A DNA stretch of 62,477 nucleotides, filler included, from Actinobacteria bacterium UBA7524 (GTDB taxonomy: Bacteria; Actinomycetota; Coriobacteriia; Anaerosomatales; UBA912): NCBI GenBank assembly GCA_002478275.1. It is 7 parts of 7 records of this genome, joined end to end, with 100 filler letters (N's around TTAATTAATTAA, not from the genome) between each part and the next. Parts side by side here need not be neighbours in the genome. Positions count along the whole stretch, not along the records: positions 27,245 to 43,762 come from DLMY01000002.1; 6 more parts are not named here. One strand, given 5' to 3'. The notes beneath the pieces are model-generated. The model saw only the letters and a list, made by a program, of their open reading frames with translations, ran no database searches and was not told where the DNA came from. This document shows positions 29,502-39,825 of this stretch, piece by piece; the stretch's first letter is position 1, and every line of letters starts with the position of its first letter. The position numbers were made by a program, and so were the translations under genes.

Positions 29502-29776
29502 GCCAGATGCGCTATATCGAGGATGTCATCACGCTCAGTTACGATGCTGAGCGGTGTACCGGCTGCCGTCAGTGCACGATGGTCTGTCCTCACGGCGTGT
29601 TTGCGATGGATGGCACGCGTGCTGTGCTCGCGGACAAGGGCGCGTGCATGGAGTGCGGGGCGTGTGCGCGCAACTGCGCGTTCGGCGCGATCTCGCTACA
29701 GCCAGGCGTGGGCTGTGCCGCAGCGATCATCAACGGCTGGATCACCGGCTCGGAGCCTAGCTGCGGGTGTTCGTGA
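29498..29776 (+). CDS. hgcB: Mercury methylation ferredoxin HgcB
   Basis: CTGCRQCTMVCPH and CMECGACARNC, GVGCAAA, C-terminal CGC; ATGA overlap with hgcA. Confidence 0.95.
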   Translation: MSQMRYIEDVITLSYDAERCTGCRQCTMVCPHGVFAMDGTRAVLADKGACMECGACARNCAFGAISLQPGVGCAAAIINGWITGSEPSCGCS

Positions 29777-29946
29777 GGGCGACGCTCCTGCGACCCCCGG
29801 GGGCGCATGGCCCTCATGACATCTGACGCCATGTTCGCATAGCTCCTTGCGCGGTACGATTCAGAGCGTGGTGATACGCGGACGGCGGGTGCGGCAGCAA
29901 GTCTTTCTCGCGCGCAGGCAGGCCATGGGAGTTGCGGAGCGAAACG

Positions 29947-30793
29947 GTGGCAAGAGACGCCAACGAAGCGGTGATCAAGCTCCTCGAACGCATGCCCTTG
30001 CCGATCGTCGTCGCGAGCCCGGTGACCGGCAAGATCTTGTGGGTCAACTCCCATTTGGTGAAGATGGCCAGGGCAGGACNNNNNNNNNNNNNNNNNNNNN
30101 NNNNNNNNNNNNNNNNNNNNNNNNNNNNNNNNNNNNNNNNNNNNNNNNNNNNNNNNNNNNNNNNNNNNGATGGCCAGGGCAGGACACCCCGAGCAGATCC
30201 TCGGCAAGAGCATCCTGGATTTCGTGAAAGCACCAGGGCAGCAGGGAATCGCACTGGGCGACCTCGCCAAGGTCGCGCTCGGCGGCAGCCCCCGGCCTGT
30301 CATCTACGAGTTGCAGCGACTGGACGGCGAAACCGCTGCGGGGCACGTGGCCTCGGTTCCGATGATGTTCAGAGGTCAGCCTGCCATGCTGAGCCTCGTC
30401 ACCGATGTCTCCGACCGCGAGCGCGTCATCCGAGAACTCGAGGAGAGCGAGGAGCGCTACCGCCTGCTGCTCGACAACACCCCCAGTGGGATCGTCGTGG
30501 TCCAGGACGAGAGGGTCGTCTTCGCCAATCGTTCTCTCGCTCGCGCGCTCGGTTACGACGGCACTGATGATCTCCTCGGCATGTCGGTCTACGAACATAT
30601 CGCCGAGGAGTATCGAAAGCCGGTTCGCGACGCTCGCCGCCAGCTCATGAGGACCGGCAAGACGATTCCGGCAGCTGCTGTCGAACTCGTGCGGCGTGAT
30701 GGTGAGCGAGTGCCTACGACCGCCGTCACCACCCTCATCCGCTGGAAGGGAGAGCTAGCGACTCAGACGTTGATGCATGATCTCGCGCTATGA
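29947..30793 (+). CDS. Tandem PAS-domain protein with no output domain (gapped)
   Basis: ILWVN, DVSDR, SEERYRLLLDNTPSGIVV, FAN, RRDG PAS/PAC motifs; gap flanks duplicated. Confidence 0.75.
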
Positions 30794-30850
30794 CGCCCGC
30801 CCCTCGAATGTGAGAAGCGGGCGTCTGTGCTTGCGTTGTCATGCGGTCGG

Positions 30851-31618
30851 CTACTTGATGAAGCCGCCGTCCGCCACATACTGCTTGCCCGTCGTGTACG
30901 AGGACTCGTCGGAGGCGAGGAACAGCGCCAGGTACGCGATCTCCCTTGCTTCTCCGTAGCGTCCAAGCGGAACCTGTGTCTCGAAACCGGTCTGAACGGA
31001 GCATGGGTCCTCCGGTGCGAACTGCCCTTCGATCGAGCGCATCATCCGGGTGTGGATCGGTCCGGGATGGACGGAGTTCACGCGAACCCCTGCTTCCGCT
31101 GCTTCAAGTGCCGCCGTCCGAGTCAGGCCGATGACCGCGTGCTTCGTGGCCACGTACGGGCCAAGTCCGGCAGAACCCATCAGGCCTGCCACCGATGATG
31201 TGTTGATCACCGATCCGGAACCCTTCTCCATCATGACCGGCAGCACGTGCTTGAGTCCTAGCCACACGCCGCGTACGTTGATGGCCATGATCTTGTCGAA
31301 GTCCGCCTGTTCGACGGCGACCAGCGGGGCGCACTTGCCCTCGATCCCCGCGTTGTTGAAGAAGACGTCGATGGTTCCGAACGCTTTGAGTGTCTCATCG
31401 ACGTACATCTTCGTCTGGGCCTCGTCGGAGACATCGGCTTTGATGGCCGTGATGTCGCCGAGGTCCTTGAGCTCCTCGACGGCCTCGCTGAGGCTCTCGT
31501 CGCTGATGTCCACGATCGCGACCTTCGCGCCTTCTTCGAGGAACAACCGTGCGGTCTCTTTGCCGATGCCGGCCGCGCCGCCCGTTATGAGTGCCACCTT
31601 ACCCTTGAGTCTGTCCAC
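30851..31618 (-). CDS. SDR family oxidoreductase
   Basis: [24 protein letters not shown]. Confidence 0.93.
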   Translation of the reverse strand: MDRLKGKVALITGGAAGIGKETARLFLEEGAKVAIVDISDESLSEAVEELKDLGDITAIKADVSDEAQTKMYVDETLKAFGTIDVFFNNAGIEGKCAPLVAVEQADFDKIMAINVRGVWLGLKHVLPVMMEKGSGSVINTSSVAGLMGSAGLGPYVATKHAVIGLTRTAALEAAEAGVRVNSVHPGPIHTRMMRSIEGQFAPEDPCSVQTGFETQVPLGRYGEAREIAYLALFLASDESSYTTGKQYVADGGFIK

Positions 31619-31662
31619 AATAGAACCTCCTTCGTCGGATCCGAGCGAACGGTAAGGGATAT

Positions 31663-31678
31663 ATACCCAGGGGGGTAT
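31663..31678. promoter_or_regulatory. CsoR/RcnR-family operator upstream of SDR gene
   Basis: ATACCCAGGGGGGTAT, same pattern as 8797-8812. Confidence 0.6.
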
Positions 31679-31742
31679 ACGTTCAGACACTCGCTGGGCG
31701 ACTCGGACATCCAGGAGGACGTCGCGGTTCTCTTGGGTCCCG

Positions 31743-32231
31743 TCATGCGTCGCCGGTGTCGGCCGTAGCTTCCATCTCGTCGACGAGTGCCAGGACTTCG
31801 GTCACCTCGGGGATGTCTTGCATGCTATGGCCGTAATGGACGAATCGGGCGATGCCTTCCTTGTCGACCAGGACCTGAGCAGGCATCCGTCCCAACTTGA
31901 AGAGCTTCACCTGTTGCCCGTAGAGCTTGAGAACGTGATGGGCGGGGTCTGGCAGTCCGACGAAGGGAAGCGAGTGGGCCTGCCAGTATTCGCTGAATGC
32001 ACCTGCATCTTCCGGGCCGACGACCAGGACCTCTACGTTGCGGGCCACGAATTCCGAGTAGGTGTCGCGCAACTGCGCCATGTGCCGGCGGCAGAACGGT
32101 CAAACGAACCCACGGTTGAAGACCACGAGCACGTGCGAGCGGCCTCGGTAGTCGGACAGACTGACGGGCGTACCGGCGAAGTCTTCCAAGGTGAAGTCCG
32201 GCGCGGCGGTATCCAGGGCGACTCGGGGCAT
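31743..32231 (-). CDS. AhpC/TSA peroxiredoxin-like selenoprotein (UxxC; UGA at 32100-32102)
   Basis: APDFTL...VSLSDYRG...[21 protein letters not shown] joins the two ORF-track pieces in frame. Confidence 0.88.
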
Positions 32232-32357
32232 GCACTTGTCCTTCCGCGGCAGAGCCGGCCGGCGAGCTTGGAGCTGTGTGTAGGTCACGTTGGTCCATCA
32301 GGGGTATTCTATCTCTACGGGGTCGCATCCGGGCGGCCAGGGGCAGGGAGGGCTCTC

Positions 32358-34337
32358 ATGAATTCAGGCCGTGCAATCCGGACTCTATCAGTGGCTCTGC
32401 TTATAGCGGTGTTCATCATGTCCGCTGCGCAGGTCTCGGCGACACCCACCTTCTCGGAGATCGTGGTGGCTGGTGGACCGGTGATGATAGGGTCTGCGCC
32501 GATCCAGGTGAATCCGGAGTTCGACGGACGCTACATCGTGTATGAGCGCACGCCGGGAGTGGACTCGGGCCTGCTCGATACGGACATAAGGGCCTACGAT
32601 GTCGGAACCGGGCAGACCATCTCGATCAGCGATCGTGAAGGCGATGACGATGCCGATCAGATCAGTCCCGACGTTTCGATCGATACGGTCGTCTATCAGA
32701 GCTATGAGTTGCTGCACCCCAACATATTCCTCCACAACATCACGTGGTCGAATACACGTCAGGTCACCAATGTGGCTCACGCTCAGACCGGCCCGCGGAT
32801 CTCCGGCAACCACATCCTTTGGCATGACGGTCAAACCGACGCGCTCAAGTTCTACCCCGTCACCTGGCCTCAGTACATGAACCAGCAGATTCCCGGCACG
32901 GTCGGCGTGTACCAGGGCTCCTGGGACATCGATGGGGACACGGTGGTATTCGCGCGGAAGCATGGTGCAGGGGATTTCACGTTCTACGAATGGAAGCTGT
33001 TCTCGGATGCGGTACCGCAAGCGTTCGCGACCCATGAAGGGGCCGTCGACATCGCCGACGTCCGGTTGCACAACAACATGATCACCTACACCTATGGAGC
33101 TGGGCTGAACAGTCTGGGCATCCGTCCCGTCGCTGAGGGGCAGCCTCTCAGCTTCGCGGATGGGTGGCGCGACGGCGACGTCTTCCATGACATGCTGGCA
33201 TTCGAAATCGTCGCGGACAACGATGTCGGTGTCTTCCGCAATGGGGAGTGGAACACCGCGTTCGGGACCCCCGCACAGGCTGAGACCAACCCGAGCGTGT
33301 TCGGCCATCGTGTCGCGTTCGAGCGTGACACGTACAACGGCGACATCATCCTCGCCACGGCTTCGGAGCCGCTGGTGGACCGGACGGCGGGCGCGAACCG
33401 GTACGCGACAGCGGTGGCTGTCAGCGAGGAGTACTTCCCGTTCGGCGCGGACAACGTGGTGTTGTGCACGGGAGAGAACTTCCCCGACGCGCTTGCCGCC
33501 GCTCCCTGGGCGCGGTTCCTTGAGGGCCCCGTGCTGCTCACGCGCGGCTCCTCGGTGCCCCAGGTCGTCATGGATGAGATCGAGCGTCTGGGCGCGAAGA
33601 GCGTGTGGATCATCGGCGGGGAGAGTGCGGTATCCTCAGCGGTGAAGACGCAGCTGGAAGCCGAAGGGCTCTACGTCGACCGTCAGCTGCAGGGCGTGAA
33701 TCGCTACGAGACGTCCGCGAAGATCGCGTACTTCCTCTACGATGCGCTCGCTGCCGACGGTAGGCCGTTCAGCAACAAGGCCTTCGTTGCGCGCGGGGAT
33801 GCGTTCCCCGACGCGCTTGCGGTCGCCCCGCTGGCTGCGGCGACGTATTCGCCGATCATCCTGGTCAGGACCGACGCGCCGGTGCCGTCGGCGAGTGCTC
33901 AGGTCTTCCAGACACTGCCGATCTGGTATGCGTTCATCGTGGGCGGGACCGATGTGGTGAGCGAGGACGTGGAAGTCGCCATCGAGACGTGGACGACTGC
34001 GAATCTGGGTATGGGCAGCCCGGCGACCCGTTATGCGGGGGCTGACCGCTATGCGACCGCGGCCGTGGTGCTGCAGGACGGCGTGGCCATGGGGTGGGTC
34101 GATCTGGATACGGTGGGCTTCGCCACCGGCGTGAACTTCCCTGATGCTCTCGGAGGCGGTGCCGCGCTTGGTAGTTACGGGAGTCCGCTGCTGTTGACGC
34201 GGCAAGGTTCGCTACCCGGGTCGGTGTCCGCGGTGCTCGAGCAGCGCGCGGCCGAGATCGGCCGGGCCGATGTGTTCGGGGGCAGCGATGTGGTCAGCGA
34301 CGCGGTGAAGGGGTCCATCACGGACCTGTTGCGGTAG
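32358..34337 (+). CDS. Secreted beta-propeller protein with cell wall binding repeat 2 (CWB2) domains
   Basis: Signal peptide; three R..G.NRY.T repeats with FPDAL and P.LL motifs. Confidence 0.88.
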   Translation: MNSGRAIRTLSVALLIAVFIMSAAQVSATPTFSEIVVAGGPVMIGSAPIQVNPEFDGRYIVYERTPGVDSGLLDTDIRAYDVGTGQTISISDREGDDDADQISPDVSIDTVVYQSYELLHPNIFLHNITWSNTRQVTNVAHAQTGPRISGNHILWHDGQTDALKFYPVTWPQYMNQQIPGTVGVYQGSWDIDGDTVVFARKHGAGDFTFYEWKLFSDAVPQAFATHEGAVDIADVRLHNNMITYTYGAGLNSLGIRPVAEGQPLSFADGWRDGDVFHDMLAFEIVADNDVGVFRNGEWNTAFGTPAQAETNPSVFGHRVAFERDTYNGDIILATASEPLVDRTAGANRYATAVAVSEEYFPFGADNVVLCTGENFPDALAAAPWARFLEGPVLLTRGSSVPQVVMDEIERLGAKSVWIIGGESAVSSAVKTQLEAEGLYVDRQLQGVNRYETSAKIAYFLYDALAADGRPFSNKAFVARGDAFPDALAVAPLAAATYSPIILVRTDAPVPSASAQVFQTLPIWYAFIVGGTDVVSEDVEVAIETWTTANLGMGSPATRYAGADRYATAAVVLQDGVAMGWVDLDTVGFATGVNFPDALGGGAALGSYGSPLLLTRQGSLPGSVSAVLEQRAAEIGRADVFGGSDVVSDAVKGSITDLLR

Positions 34338-35851
34338 GTTGTGAACGGCCTACTGAGCTTCTTGCACAGGCGCTGTACCGTGTCCTTCCCGGTGACGACT
34401 GCGACCGGTAGACCGCCGGGGGGCTGCAGCCACTGACCGGACAGCACGAAGTTGTCGAGCCCCTTGATGCGCCCGGTATGAGCCATCATCTTGCCGCCGA
34501 TGGTCGGGAAGAACGCCATGAACGAGCCGCGGTGTGCGTTGCAGTAGCGGTCGTACGTCGCCGGAGTGGCCACGTCGAGCACCCTGAGCTTGCCTGCCAT
34601 GTGCGGGAAGTGCGCCTCGATGGCCGCGCGCACCGCCGCGCCCACACGTTGCTTCTCTTCGCGATATGCGTCGCGGTCCTTGCGGATCGCGAGCCAGTGA
34701 TCGACCTCCTCGGCGAAGTGGTTGAGGGCGACGGTCATCGCGGTGCACCCTCGCGGGGCGAATCCGGGCTCGTAAGCGTAGTGATTGAGCGTGATCTGGT
34801 CAATTGATGCAGCGCCGATCGGGATCGGTTCACACGGGAAACGGACGGTCCTTGGCATGTCGCCGACCTCGCCATCGAAACCCAGCCCGATGTAGGTGTT
34901 CGAGGCGAGCGGGTAGGTCTCGGGATCTGCGAAGCGCTTCGCGAACCCGCGGTCGCGGTAGCGTCCGCCGAGGAGACGCTCGAAGACGAAGTGCGCGTCG
35001 CATGCGGCGATGAAGTGGTCGGCGGCAAAGATGCGGCCTTCGACCGTGGTGACGTGCGTGACTCGGTCGCCGTCGATGGCGACGCCTGTGACCTCGCACC
35101 CGGTCTCGCTCAGCCCGCCGAGCGAGTGGTACCGCTCGGCCATCCGGTCCGCGAGCGCCTTGGAGCCGCCCGCCGGAATCGAGGACTGGCCCTTACTGAA
35201 GCTCGCAAGCGCGAAGAAGAGAAAAGCCGCTGCATACTCGCCTGGAGCGAAGGTGGCGAACATCTCCCTGATCGCCGGGTGTTCGAAGCGCTCGGAGAAC
35301 TCCTTGAGCCCGACCTTGCCGTACTTCGAGAGGACCGCGCCAGCATCCTTCATCGAGGCGAAGTAGCGCACTTTCTCGAGGAGCGACATCATGTCCACCG
35401 GTTTGTCGACCTGCATCTCGTAGCTGCTCATCCGCTCGATGGTGCTGCAGAACTCGTCGATCTGCTCGGCATCGACGGGAGAGAGAGCGCGCCAGCTCTC
35501 GCGCAGCCGGTCGATGTCTCGGTAGAGCGGCACGCTGCCGCTTTCGTGTTCGAAGACCAGGAACGTCTCGGGGTGGTGGATATCGACTCCGTCGAGCGCG
35601 CCGACTGTCTTCCACAGGTCGTTCATCGGCGTGCCTTCGAGCGTGCCGACGAGCCAGTGGATGCACCCGTCGATGTGGTAGCCTTGGCGGTCCCAGCCGG
35701 TGCATTCTCCGCCGAGGAGTGCGTGTTTCTCAAGGATCGTCGTTTCGAAGCCGTTGAGGCGGGCGAAGATGCCTGCGGAAAGGCCTGCCACACCTCCGCC
35801 GATGATCACGACGCGGGGCGCCGCCTGCTCGTTCGTCCTCATGCTGTTCAT
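34175..35851 (-). CDS. NAD(P)/FAD-dependent oxidoreductase, phytoene dehydrogenase-like
   Basis: IIGGGVAGL..G, EKH..LGG, GQWLQPPGGLP; 3' end overlaps the convergent CWB2 gene. Confidence 0.85.
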   Translation of the reverse strand: MNSMRTNEQAAPRVVIIGGGVAGLSAGIFARLNGFETTILEKHALLGGECTGWDRQGYHIDGCIHWLVGTLEGTPMNDLWKTVGALDGVDIHHPETFLVFEHESGSVPLYRDIDRLRESWRALSPVDAEQIDEFCSTIERMSSYEMQVDKPVDMMSLLEKVRYFASMKDAGAVLSKYGKVGLKEFSERFEHPAIREMFATFAPGEYAAAFLFFALASFSKGQSSIPAGGSKALADRMAERYHSLGGLSETGCEVTGVAIDGDRVTHVTTVEGRIFAADHFIAACDAHFVFERLLGGRYRDRGFAKRFADPETYPLASNTYIGLGFDGEVGDMPRTVRFPCEPIPIGAASIDQITLNHYAYEPGFAPRGCTAMTVALNHFAEEVDHWLAIRKDRDAYREEKQRVGAAVRAAIEAHFPHMAGKLRVLDVATPATYDRYCNAHRGSFMAFFPTIGGKMMAHTGRIKGLDNFVLSGQWLQPPGGLPVAVVTGKDTVQRLCKKLSRPFTTYRNRSVMDPFTASLTTSLPPNTSARPISAARCSSTADTDPGSEPCRVNSSGLP

Positions 35852-36423
35852 TGCTGCTCATCCTTTCGGTACTTCATCGCGATCGCGATCTCCTCGCCCG
35901 TCTCGAGCAGTAGCTGCTCGACTGCGGTTTCGTCCATCCATGAAGGCAGGTTGTCGTTGGCGACCATCGCTGAGAGCCCGAGCTGGAAGACGCGCATCTT
36001 GAGGAAGAGTCGCCGGAGCTCGTCCTCGGTCCACCCCGCGAGTTCGGGGTCACCCGCCATGACGGGGAGCATCGCGGACTCGATCTGCTCGTGGGTGGCA
36101 ACGTAGGGATTCGGCTCAAGAGCCATCTCGCGGAACAGGGCGGGATAGTCGCGCGCGAACGCGAGGGAGGCTTTGCCCATGTTCTCGAAGGGATGGGGGC
36201 CTGTCTGTGCTGCGAGCAACTCGCCAGACATGGAGCGGACGCGTTCGACGACGGCTGCAAGCAGCTCGTCGACGGTGGCGAAGTTCTGGTAGATCGGCGC
36301 GACCGAGCAACCGAGTCGCTTGGCGACCGCGCGCGTCGAGATCGCCGAGAATCCGCCCTCCTTGGCCAGGGTGAACGCGGCCTCGACGATCTGGTCCCTG
36401 TTGAACTTGGTGATCGGTGGCAT
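35848..36423 (-). CDS. TetR/AcrR family regulator
   Basis: IVEAAF.L...G...IS.R.VAKRLGCSVAPIY.NF. Confidence 0.92.
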   Translation of the reverse strand: MPPITKFNRDQIVEAAFTLAKEGGFSAISTRAVAKRLGCSVAPIYQNFATVDELLAAVVERVRSMSGELLAAQTGPHPFENMGKASLAFARDYPALFREMALEPNPYVATHEQIESAMLPVMAGDPELAGWTEDELRRLFLKMRVFQLGLSAMVANDNLPSWMDETAVEQLLLETGEEIAIAMKYRKDEQQ

Positions 36424-36460
36424 CTTCAGCTCCCTTGCGCACATAGCAGAACATATGATA

Positions 36461-36476
36461 TATAACATATGTTATA
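36461..36476. promoter_or_regulatory. TetR operator between divergent genes
   Basis: Perfect 16-bp palindrome TATAACATATGTTATA, with an imperfect copy just upstream. Confidence 0.75.
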
Positions 36477-36551
36477 CAATACGTGGAGACCGATCGGATG
36501 TCAAGGGCCGGGTCGCTTCCGGTTCGTGCCTCGTTCAGAAGGAGACAGCAC

Positions 36552-37625
36552 ATGAGCCCGCACGCAGACAGTTCGTTCGTCCAGCAAGCCGTCGACAAGA
36601 TGATCGACGACAAGAGCGTCTTCGGCGCGACGCTTCGCGTCGAGAGCGGGGACGGGTCGCTTGCGATCGAGTGCGCGTCCGGCGAGATGCATCCCGGGGA
36701 CCGTTACTTCATCGCAAGCGTCACCAAGCTCTACATCACCGCCGTCGTGTTGCGCCTGCGGGCAGAGGGGCGCATCTCGCTCGACGATAGGATCGTCGGT
36801 TACTTCCCCGGCGGCGAGCTCGACGGACTACACGTCCTCAAAGGCACCGACCACACCGGCACGATCACCGTTCGCCACCTCATCTCCAACACCTCGGGTC
36901 TACCGGACTACTTCTTCGACAAGACCGAGTCCGGCAGATCGGCAGCCGACGAGCTCCTCGGCGGCAAGGACGAGGAGTGGCCGCTTGCGCGCATCCTGGA
37001 GGCGAACCGGCGCATCGGACCTCGCTTCACTCCCGGGCAGAAGGGCAAGGTGCTCTACTCGGACACGAACTACGAGCTTGCGGGCACGATCATCGAGCGC
37101 ATATGCGGAAAGCCGATCGGCGAGGTGTTCAAAGAGATCATCTTCGACGACCTCGGGCTGCAGGACACCTACGTGTTCGCTGACGTGAACGACACGACCC
37201 CAGCCCAGCTCTACTACAAATCGAACCCGGTCCACCTGCCGCGCTACCTGACCTCGGTTCCGGCCGAGGGCGGCATCGTTTCGACCACCGAGGAGTGCAT
37301 GCGATTCCTCAAGGCGTTCTTCGCCGGACGCTATTTCCCCGCCGAGGAGATCGAGTCGCTCAAGCAGTGGAACCTGCTCTTCAGGCCCGGCATGTTCCTC
37401 TACGGTATCGGGCTGGAGAAGCTCTATGTACCCGGGCCGCTCAAGCCGTTCTTCCCGCATGGGGACATCCTGGGTTACTGGGGCCAGACCTCGGCGTTCG
37501 CGTGGCACAACCCGAAGAACGACCTGTACTTCACGGGTACCGCCAACCAGCTCGGTGGACCCGGCCACAACGCTGCAGGGAAGGCGATGCTGAGGATCAT
37601 CAGGGAGTGGCAGAAGCAGGGCTGA
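36552..37625 (+). CDS. Serine hydrolase, beta-lactamase/D-Ala-peptidase family
   Basis: ASVTK (SxxK), YSD.NY, GGIVST. Confidence 0.88.
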   Translation: MSPHADSSFVQQAVDKMIDDKSVFGATLRVESGDGSLAIECASGEMHPGDRYFIASVTKLYITAVVLRLRAEGRISLDDRIVGYFPGGELDGLHVLKGTDHTGTITVRHLISNTSGLPDYFFDKTESGRSAADELLGGKDEEWPLARILEANRRIGPRFTPGQKGKVLYSDTNYELAGTIIERICGKPIGEVFKEIIFDDLGLQDTYVFADVNDTTPAQLYYKSNPVHLPRYLTSVPAEGGIVSTTEECMRFLKAFFAGRYFPAEEIESLKQWNLLFRPGMFLYGIGLEKLYVPGPLKPFFPHGDILGYWGQTSAFAWHNPKNDLYFTGTANQLGGPGHNAAGKAMLRIIREWQKQG

Positions 37626-38910
37626 GGTGTGGGCGAGAGTCGGAGGTCGTGTCACGCGGCTCAGCGCTGAACTCACGGATCTCGGCCCGGGACGCCGCCA
37701 CGAGCGACGACAGCATCAGCCCGAGGCCTGCACCGACGAACAGCAGGGTCGAACTTGCATCGATGATCACCCCCGAAAGCGCCTGCGAGACCGGCATCAT
37801 CCCGATCATGCCGAGCATCATCAGCGACATCATGCGTCCCACCATCTCAGGGGGCGCGGTGCGCTGCAGGTAGGTCACTATCGTCACGCCGAGGAACCCG
37901 TTGCCTATGCCGATGAACGCCATGATTGCTGCAGCCAACCACGTGTTCGTGATCCAGGCGAATGATGCGATCCCTATCCCGAACGCCGCGAACATGCCGA
38001 TGATGATCGCGCCGAGGGTTCGCGGAGCGGGGCGCTTGATCGAGCCGGCGACAACCACGCCGAACAGATTGCCGAACGCGAACCCTGAGAGAACGATCCC
38101 TAGTGCTGCGGCGCCCTCGGGCAACCGTGCATCGGCGAGCACCGGCACACCGACGAGCAGTGGGCCGACAGTGAACAGGTTCGCTGCCGCGAGCAGGATC
38201 AGTGCCCACATCAGCTGGGAGCGGGTCGTGACGAAACGAACAGCTTCCTTGATGGCCATCACCGGGTGAGCCGGCTCAGCGCCTTCGGCCACTAGAGGCT
38301 CCATGCGGCTCATCGCGATCAAGAACCCGATCGAGATCACGAATGTGGCGGCGTGGATGGCGAACGCGACACCCACGCCGAGCAGAGAGCCAGTGGTTTC
38401 AGCGGCACTACGTGTGCCGAACCAGGCGATGAGCGTACCCGCCGCAGCAGGCCCCAGGAAGTTCGCGATTTGGTCTCCCATGAATACGAGCGAGTTGCCG
38501 CTCTCGAGCCGCTCGTCGTCGACGAGTCTGGGTACGGCGGCCTGTGACGCCGGTTCGAAGATCCCGGTGATGATGCCGAAGATCAGGGCGGCGGCATAGA
38601 CCATCCACATATGGACGCCGCCAGTGAGCACGACGTAGGCGAGCGCAGCAGCCACGCCTCCGCGCACCACGTTCGACCACATCATGATTTCTCTGGGCGA
38701 GTAGCGGTCGGCAAGTGCGCCGCCAGGCAGCATCATCGCCGCGCGGGAGATGCCGGCGACGGCAAGCACCGCGCCGAGCTGCGTGGCGCTTCCGGTCAGC
38801 TGCAGGACGAGCCATGGCATGGCGATGAGATGGAACTGGTCTCCAAGCAGCGCGATCGTCTGACCGAGCCAGTGGAGGCGGTAGTCGCGGAAGTGTAGTG
38901 CGGCAAGCAT
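37600..38910 (-). CDS. MFS transporter (DHA3-like efflux)
   Basis: GGALADRYSPR motif A, about 12 TM segments. Confidence 0.92.
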   Translation of the reverse strand: MLAALHFRDYRLHWLGQTIALLGDQFHLIAMPWLVLQLTGSATQLGAVLAVAGISRAAMMLPGGALADRYSPREIMMWSNVVRGGVAAALAYVVLTGGVHMWMVYAAALIFGIITGIFEPASQAAVPRLVDDERLESGNSLVFMGDQIANFLGPAAAGTLIAWFGTRSAAETTGSLLGVGVAFAIHAATFVISIGFLIAMSRMEPLVAEGAEPAHPVMAIKEAVRFVTTRSQLMWALILLAAANLFTVGPLLVGVPVLADARLPEGAAALGIVLSGFAFGNLFGVVVAGSIKRPAPRTLGAIIIGMFAAFGIGIASFAWITNTWLAAAIMAFIGIGNGFLGVTIVTYLQRTAPPEMVGRMMSLMMLGMIGMMPVSQALSGVIIDASSTLLFVGAGLGLMLSSLVAASRAEIREFSAEPRDTTSDSRPHLSPASATP

Positions 38911-38922
38911 GACGGTTCCTTT

Positions 38923-39603
38923 CTATTTCTTGGTGTTTTGAGACTGGAGGGCGTTCACGGTGCCGAGCAGCCCGTCGATGAGCGCTTCCGCTCCGAGCGA
39001 GAACTCGTCGGGGAAGTCGAGGCCCTCGATGCCCGCGGCGATGATCGCGGCGGTATGGGGGAACTCCTCGGGCGAGAGGCCTGCGTAACGGGACTCGTCG
39101 AAATCGTCGTGGTACTCGGTATCGAGCAAGTGGCTCGCGTATGTGACGGTCGCGCCGAGGACGAAGTAGCCCAAAGCGTTGACCGCGCTGAGTGCCCGTT
39201 GGTAGTCGAAGCCCACCTCGAGGAAGACGCCCAGTGCGTACTCGGCGGGGCGAAGGCTCTCCGGTGTGAGCAGGGGCCGAGAGGAGAGCAACGGCAGAGC
39301 GTTGGGGTGTGCGAGCAAAGCGTCGCGGTAGGCGAGTGCGATCGCCACAAGGCGCGCCCGAACGGAAGTCTCCGACTCGGCGCGCAAGAGGTCCATCTCG
39401 CTCATGACCGCATCCATCACTAGGTCATAGAGGGCTGATTTGTTGGGCACGTGGTAGTAGATGCTGCTTGCGTCGACACCAAGATCGGCACCGAGCCTAC
39501 GCATCGAGAGCGCCCCAAGTCCCTGAGTGTCGACGATTCGCAACGCCGCATGCGTGATCCGCTCTCTGGTGAGAGGCTCCTGCCCTGTCTTGCGTGCACT
39601 CAT
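38923..39603 (-). CDS. TetR family regulator with TetR_C domain
   Basis: LTRERI..AAL.IVD..GL.ALSMRRLG..LGV....IYYHVPNK. Confidence 0.92.
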   Translation of the reverse strand: MSARKTGQEPLTRERITHAALRIVDTQGLGALSMRRLGADLGVDASSIYYHVPNKSALYDLVMDAVMSEMDLLRAESETSVRARLVAIALAYRDALLAHPNALPLLSSRPLLTPESLRPAEYALGVFLEVGFDYQRALSAVNALGYFVLGATVTYASHLLDTEYHDDFDESRYAGLSPEEFPHTAAIIAAGIEGLDFPDEFSLGAEALIDGLLGTVNALQSQNTKK

Positions 39604-39654
39604 GGCGTTCCTCCGGTTCGAGCTGCTGCGAGAGGGCGCAGCGCGTGTCAGGAT

Positions 39655-39691
39655 TCCAACGTTGTTGGATAGAGTATCCCACAGTGTTGGA
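39655..39691. promoter_or_regulatory. Tandem TetR operators
   Basis: TCCAAC-GTT-GTTGGA and TCCCAC-AGT-GTTGGA. Confidence 0.65.
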
Positions 39692-39825
39692 TAAGTCAAC
39701 CCTGTTGATCTGGGACAAGGCAGTCCCGCCCCCTTCGCCTGAGAGCTGAACCCAGAACGGGTAAGCATACTTGGGATGAGGGCGTCATCCAGGTAGGCGG
39801 ACCGCAGGACTGATGAGTATCGACC

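Noticed and set aside
34175..35851. Phytoene desaturase-like gene as retinal supply for heliorhodopsin
   Set aside because: No crtB, crtY or blh nearby; it sits in a TetR-controlled unit about 7 kb away and the family is broad.
36552..37625. Beta-lactamase resistance gene
   Set aside because: SxxK serine hydrolase family only; lacks a clear KTG triad and signal peptide, so resistance is unsupported.
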